Assembly (NCBI GenBank): GCA_000708835.1
Contig: DF237454.1
Coordinates: 3,647 to 67,646, forward strand
Source of the DNA: Klebsormidium nitens
Lineage: Eukaryota > Plantae > Klebsormidiophyceae
Length of the DNA stretch: 64,000 nucleotides
Direction of reading: 5' to 3'
The notes under the pieces were generated by a model that saw only the letters and a list, made by a program, of their open reading frames with translations, ran no database searches and had not been told where the DNA came from. Numbering within the stretch: the first letter of the stretch is position 1; the number at the start of each line of letters is the position of its first letter. The position numbers and the translations under genes were made by a program. Positions 61,001 to 64,000 of the stretch are shown here, one piece after another.

Positions 61001-62830
61001 TGACTGGTCCGGATGCTTTCCCGTTCCGGAAGGGATTTGACGTCCAACAATTTGTCAAAATTCCAACCAGTGCGGAGAATCTTTCTGGCGCAAAGGGAAC
61101 GTGACCGCAATCTACTGCTCCAGTCAGTTGGTAAAGTTTCCATCTTTTCGACAGGAGGATGCTGTTTCTGACATCGAATAAACAGCAAATTGAGCGCCTC
61201 AAGAATTCCAATCCGTTCCCTCTGTCTCCGTCGGTCTTTCCCCTCCAATTGTCCATCATAATTGTCGCTAGACTTGGCGTCGTCGTCACAACCACGTCAC
61301 TACGTACTTGCGAGTGCCGTATATCAATTCATTGTCGTCTCCACAGATGCAGTCTCAGAGTCAAAGGTCCTGGTCCGCCTCTCGTCTTTCGCCCGCATCC
61401 TGGACAATTCTGGAGCTGTCTCACAACGTTTCCGGCCGCCCATTCCGCAGGAACGCGCTCAGCGGAAGTTCTCCAAGAGCAAGCTAACAGAGCCGGCCTT
61501 CAAGGGCGAGGCCGCGGAGTCGAAGCTCAGCGCGAGGCAAGCGCGCGAGCAGGTTTCGTGGAGCTGCACCCGGAGGAGGCCAGAAAACAGTCTCGCGCCA
61601 GGTCAGGACTGGACGTAACCGAGTGATTCTGTTTCCGGCATTACAGGCACACCCGCATATCCGCTTATTAGAGGTTTGACTCAACTGCTCTTGATTAGAG
61701 GGAAGCCTAGTAGATGTCAAGTACTTTGAGACGTCTATCTTGTTGCAAGTTTGGTTTCTTGCCTAAAACGAAGGCCGTTTTGTGAGGGTCTCATCGGCGC
61801 TGTCGTCTTCTTCTGTGAGGGCATCACTTTTTTTCGGAGGCCTCAATATTAAAGGCTTGGTCACTGCTTCGCTGTATTCTGTGTCGTTCTTATTGGAAGG
61901 TTCTCCCGTTCAGGTATCTCCTTTGGTGATATTCTCGTATGCAATTTTCTGCAAATGGTTCAATGTTCCTTTGCAAGGATCCTTATCCATACTGAGGGAC
62001 TGCCCATGCTCGTTTCAACGTGCATTCAACATGAAAACTCTTGTATCTGAGCCGAATCTGTTCAGACCCGCTACAACGCTCTTTGTTCTAAGAAAACTGC
62101 TCGCGTTCTAAAGTACGGCTCATGTCTCGCGTTTTGAATTTCGATTGTGCAGGAGCCCTGAATCGAGGCTCGAACGGACTGATCATGATTGCACTCCTGT
62201 CCTTCAGCACATCTAACCAGTCTGGCTTTCGTTTCTTTCTGCAGCCCTTGGCGAAGATGCCGATGTATGTTATGCGCAGCACCGTGAGGTCCGGGTACAA
62301 CGTGCGACCCCGACGAGAGCTGAAAGGACCATTTTTGCTTGTAAGGTAAGGAATGTTTGCTCTGGCACAGTAGCCCGTTTCTTACCTTTTCTTTAGGTGA
62401 TGGGCAACGACAGGCTGCCGTTTGCCATCACCCTGGTTGTATTATTGTTCTGAACCCATTCCGTTCAAATCTCGGCTGAATCAACGGGTCGCAGTTGGTT
62501 CCATTACGTTCTGGCCAGCTGAAGGTCGAAAGAGGGCCGCAGAAAGGAAATCTCAAGTAGAATTTCAAATCTGGTTATCTACTGACTTCCGAGCAACACC
62601 TTGGTACACGTGTGGCAAAGGCTGAAGAGCGCACGGAGGAACGTATCTCTTTGGATCTTACTCACGAGCCATGTACGTGTTGTGACTGCGAGGGGAACAT
62701 CCTTGGTGATCAGGCCCCCTCGGCTGAAGTCCCAACGTGTTCCTTCTTTGCGCAGCTCGTACATCTCTGTAGAATGCCTCATCGGCCTAGGGCTCAAGCG
62801 GGGGCAGTTCGCGGTGCAGTGAGACACGTT
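58070..62830 (+). pseudogene. Eroded multi-exon gene, possibly a Pif1/Helitron-like SF1 helicase
   Basis: Several high-GC3 exon-like segments with splice signals, each broken by apparent frameshifts (~58170, ~58985, ~61535). Helicase-like fragments: IRRTRFFLLAW (59662-59697), microexon AQGATLD (60.0-60.7 kb) and MYVMRSTVRS (~62268-62297). No Walker A seen. Confidence 0.35.
59931..60740 (+). repeat. Degenerate tandem array (~8 units, ~90-125 bp period) of acceptor-microexon-donor cassettes
   Basis: Recurrent cag|GGCTCAGGGCGCCACCTTGGAC|gtgcttccgtttcc-like motif, with cores at ~59935, 60024, 60147, 60269, 60354, 60457, 60581 and 60695. Confidence 0.8.
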
Positions 62831-62885
62831 TTGTAATTTGGATAGCACAGTCTGTACTTTGCAACCTTGAGTCTGTAGCTTAGCT

Positions 62886-62925
62886 CGCGTGTAGACTTGC
62901 GCGTGTAGACTTGCGCGTGTAGACT
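62886..62925. repeat. 14-bp tandem repeat x~3
   Basis: CGCGTGTAGACTTG units. Confidence 0.9.
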
Positions 62926-64000
62926 CAGAGTGGCCCGTTTGCACCGACCAAACTTCTCTTATCCTGCTGCATTGTGATTCGTCAAAGCTGAGACGTGTTC
63001 TTCTCGTCTTTTTGGGCTAAGGAGACTCCGACTTTCTTCCTGCATCTATCCGCACAGCTTTTCACATTCTTTAGCGATGGGCCGCTCTCGGCTGAAGCAT
63101 GTCAGGAGTAGCAGCAAGGTCAATGCTCTGACTCGCAAGCTTCTCATTTCTGTGTGGGTTTGACCCCGAAGCACCTCGTGAAAGCTTCTTGTGTTGCTTA
63201 CTTTTGGATCTGGAGTGCTTTAAAAGCTTCTCGCTGATTCTTTTGGAACCTTCTTAACCGTACCTGCATATCTGTGGGAATGTCGCAGGATTGTGTCAGT
63301 GCGTCCTTTCCGGATGATACCGCCCTTATCTTACATAGGTGTAGACCTCTCTTTCATTGACTGCTAGCCGTTCTCGACTTTCTCGGTTAAGAATAGACGA
63401 GCACGCCATGACAATTCACGGTCAGCCAATCCTGCCCAGGTTGACGATAAACCGTTCCTGGTTGACGTCAACCAGGGTGAGGGCTCGCAAGCCTAACATG
63501 GCAGGCATGCAACCAATCTTGGGTGAGGGCTCTTATCCAGCCCTTACCCGGCTGAAGGTGAAAAAGTCAATTAGACCCCCGGCTGAGGCCCGTGTACCAA
63601 CCCCGGAGGTTTGTCCCTCCGTTAAGCCGTGTCATACAAGATTCAAGAATACCCTCTTGCTGAACTGGTTTGAATTCTAGCTGGTGCCATTGAGTATGCT
63701 GGCGTAAGCGTTCGCATCAACCGGAAAGCTGCCGAGAGCATTCCAGAAAGTTGTTTCTGTGAGCTTTGAGCAGATTGATTGGTCCAGTAGATCCACGTGG
63801 TTAGAAAGGTACAAACCAAAGCAGTCTTTGGCTGGGAATCCATCGTACCTCCTACTTGGCGGTAATTATCAAGGCAACAATGGAGGCCGGGCCAAGTAGG
63901 TTTTCGGTCGACGCGCACCCTAATTTCTTCGAACAAATTCAGGGTTGAGTCCTCGCGGTAGCCGTCCGAGTCCCGACGACGGCGTGCGGCCCCAGCCTGA

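Noticed and set aside
63930-64000. GC-rich start or end of another gene at the right edge
   Set aside because: Too short to determine frame, strand or product.
1-64000. tRNA, rRNA, snRNA genes, intact transposase/RT ORFs, giant-virus hallmark genes
   Set aside because: No diagnostic sequences seen by eye; a covariance-model scan was not run.

Overview
Intron-rich eukaryotic genomic DNA (GC-rich exons, GT-AG introns, two assembly gaps). The combination of a flagellar IFT gene with plant-type EGY2, chlorophyllase, OTU and UVH3/XPG points to a flagellate-spored streptophyte alga, Klebsormidium-like; this is inference, not a database result. Hand-built gene models: TTC21B/IFT139 (-, runs off the left edge), EGY2 metalloprotease (-), chlorophyllase (+), BTB/POZ protein (-), OTU deubiquitinase (-), XPG/UVH3 (+), CDP-alcohol phosphatidyltransferase (+), DOPA 4,5-dioxygenase (-) and a small plastid membrane protein (+). 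There is also a disrupted metallophosphoesterase and several coding remnants. Three things stand out. (1) The last XPG exon continues in frame into an extra ~165-aa domain that resembles a standalone uncharacterised bacterial protein family. (2) Introns of several unrelated genes carry tandem 'echoes' of an exon end plus its splice site; in XPG and chlorophyllase the echoes differ from the real exon almost only at synonymous positions, and two other echoes form in-frame cassette exons. (3) At 59.9-60.74 kb an array of about 8 acceptor-microexon-donor cassettes (consensus peptide AQGATLD, helicase motif V-like) sits inside an eroded gene. No tRNA, rRNA or CRISPR was seen. All exon coordinates were read by eye and may be off by a few bases.
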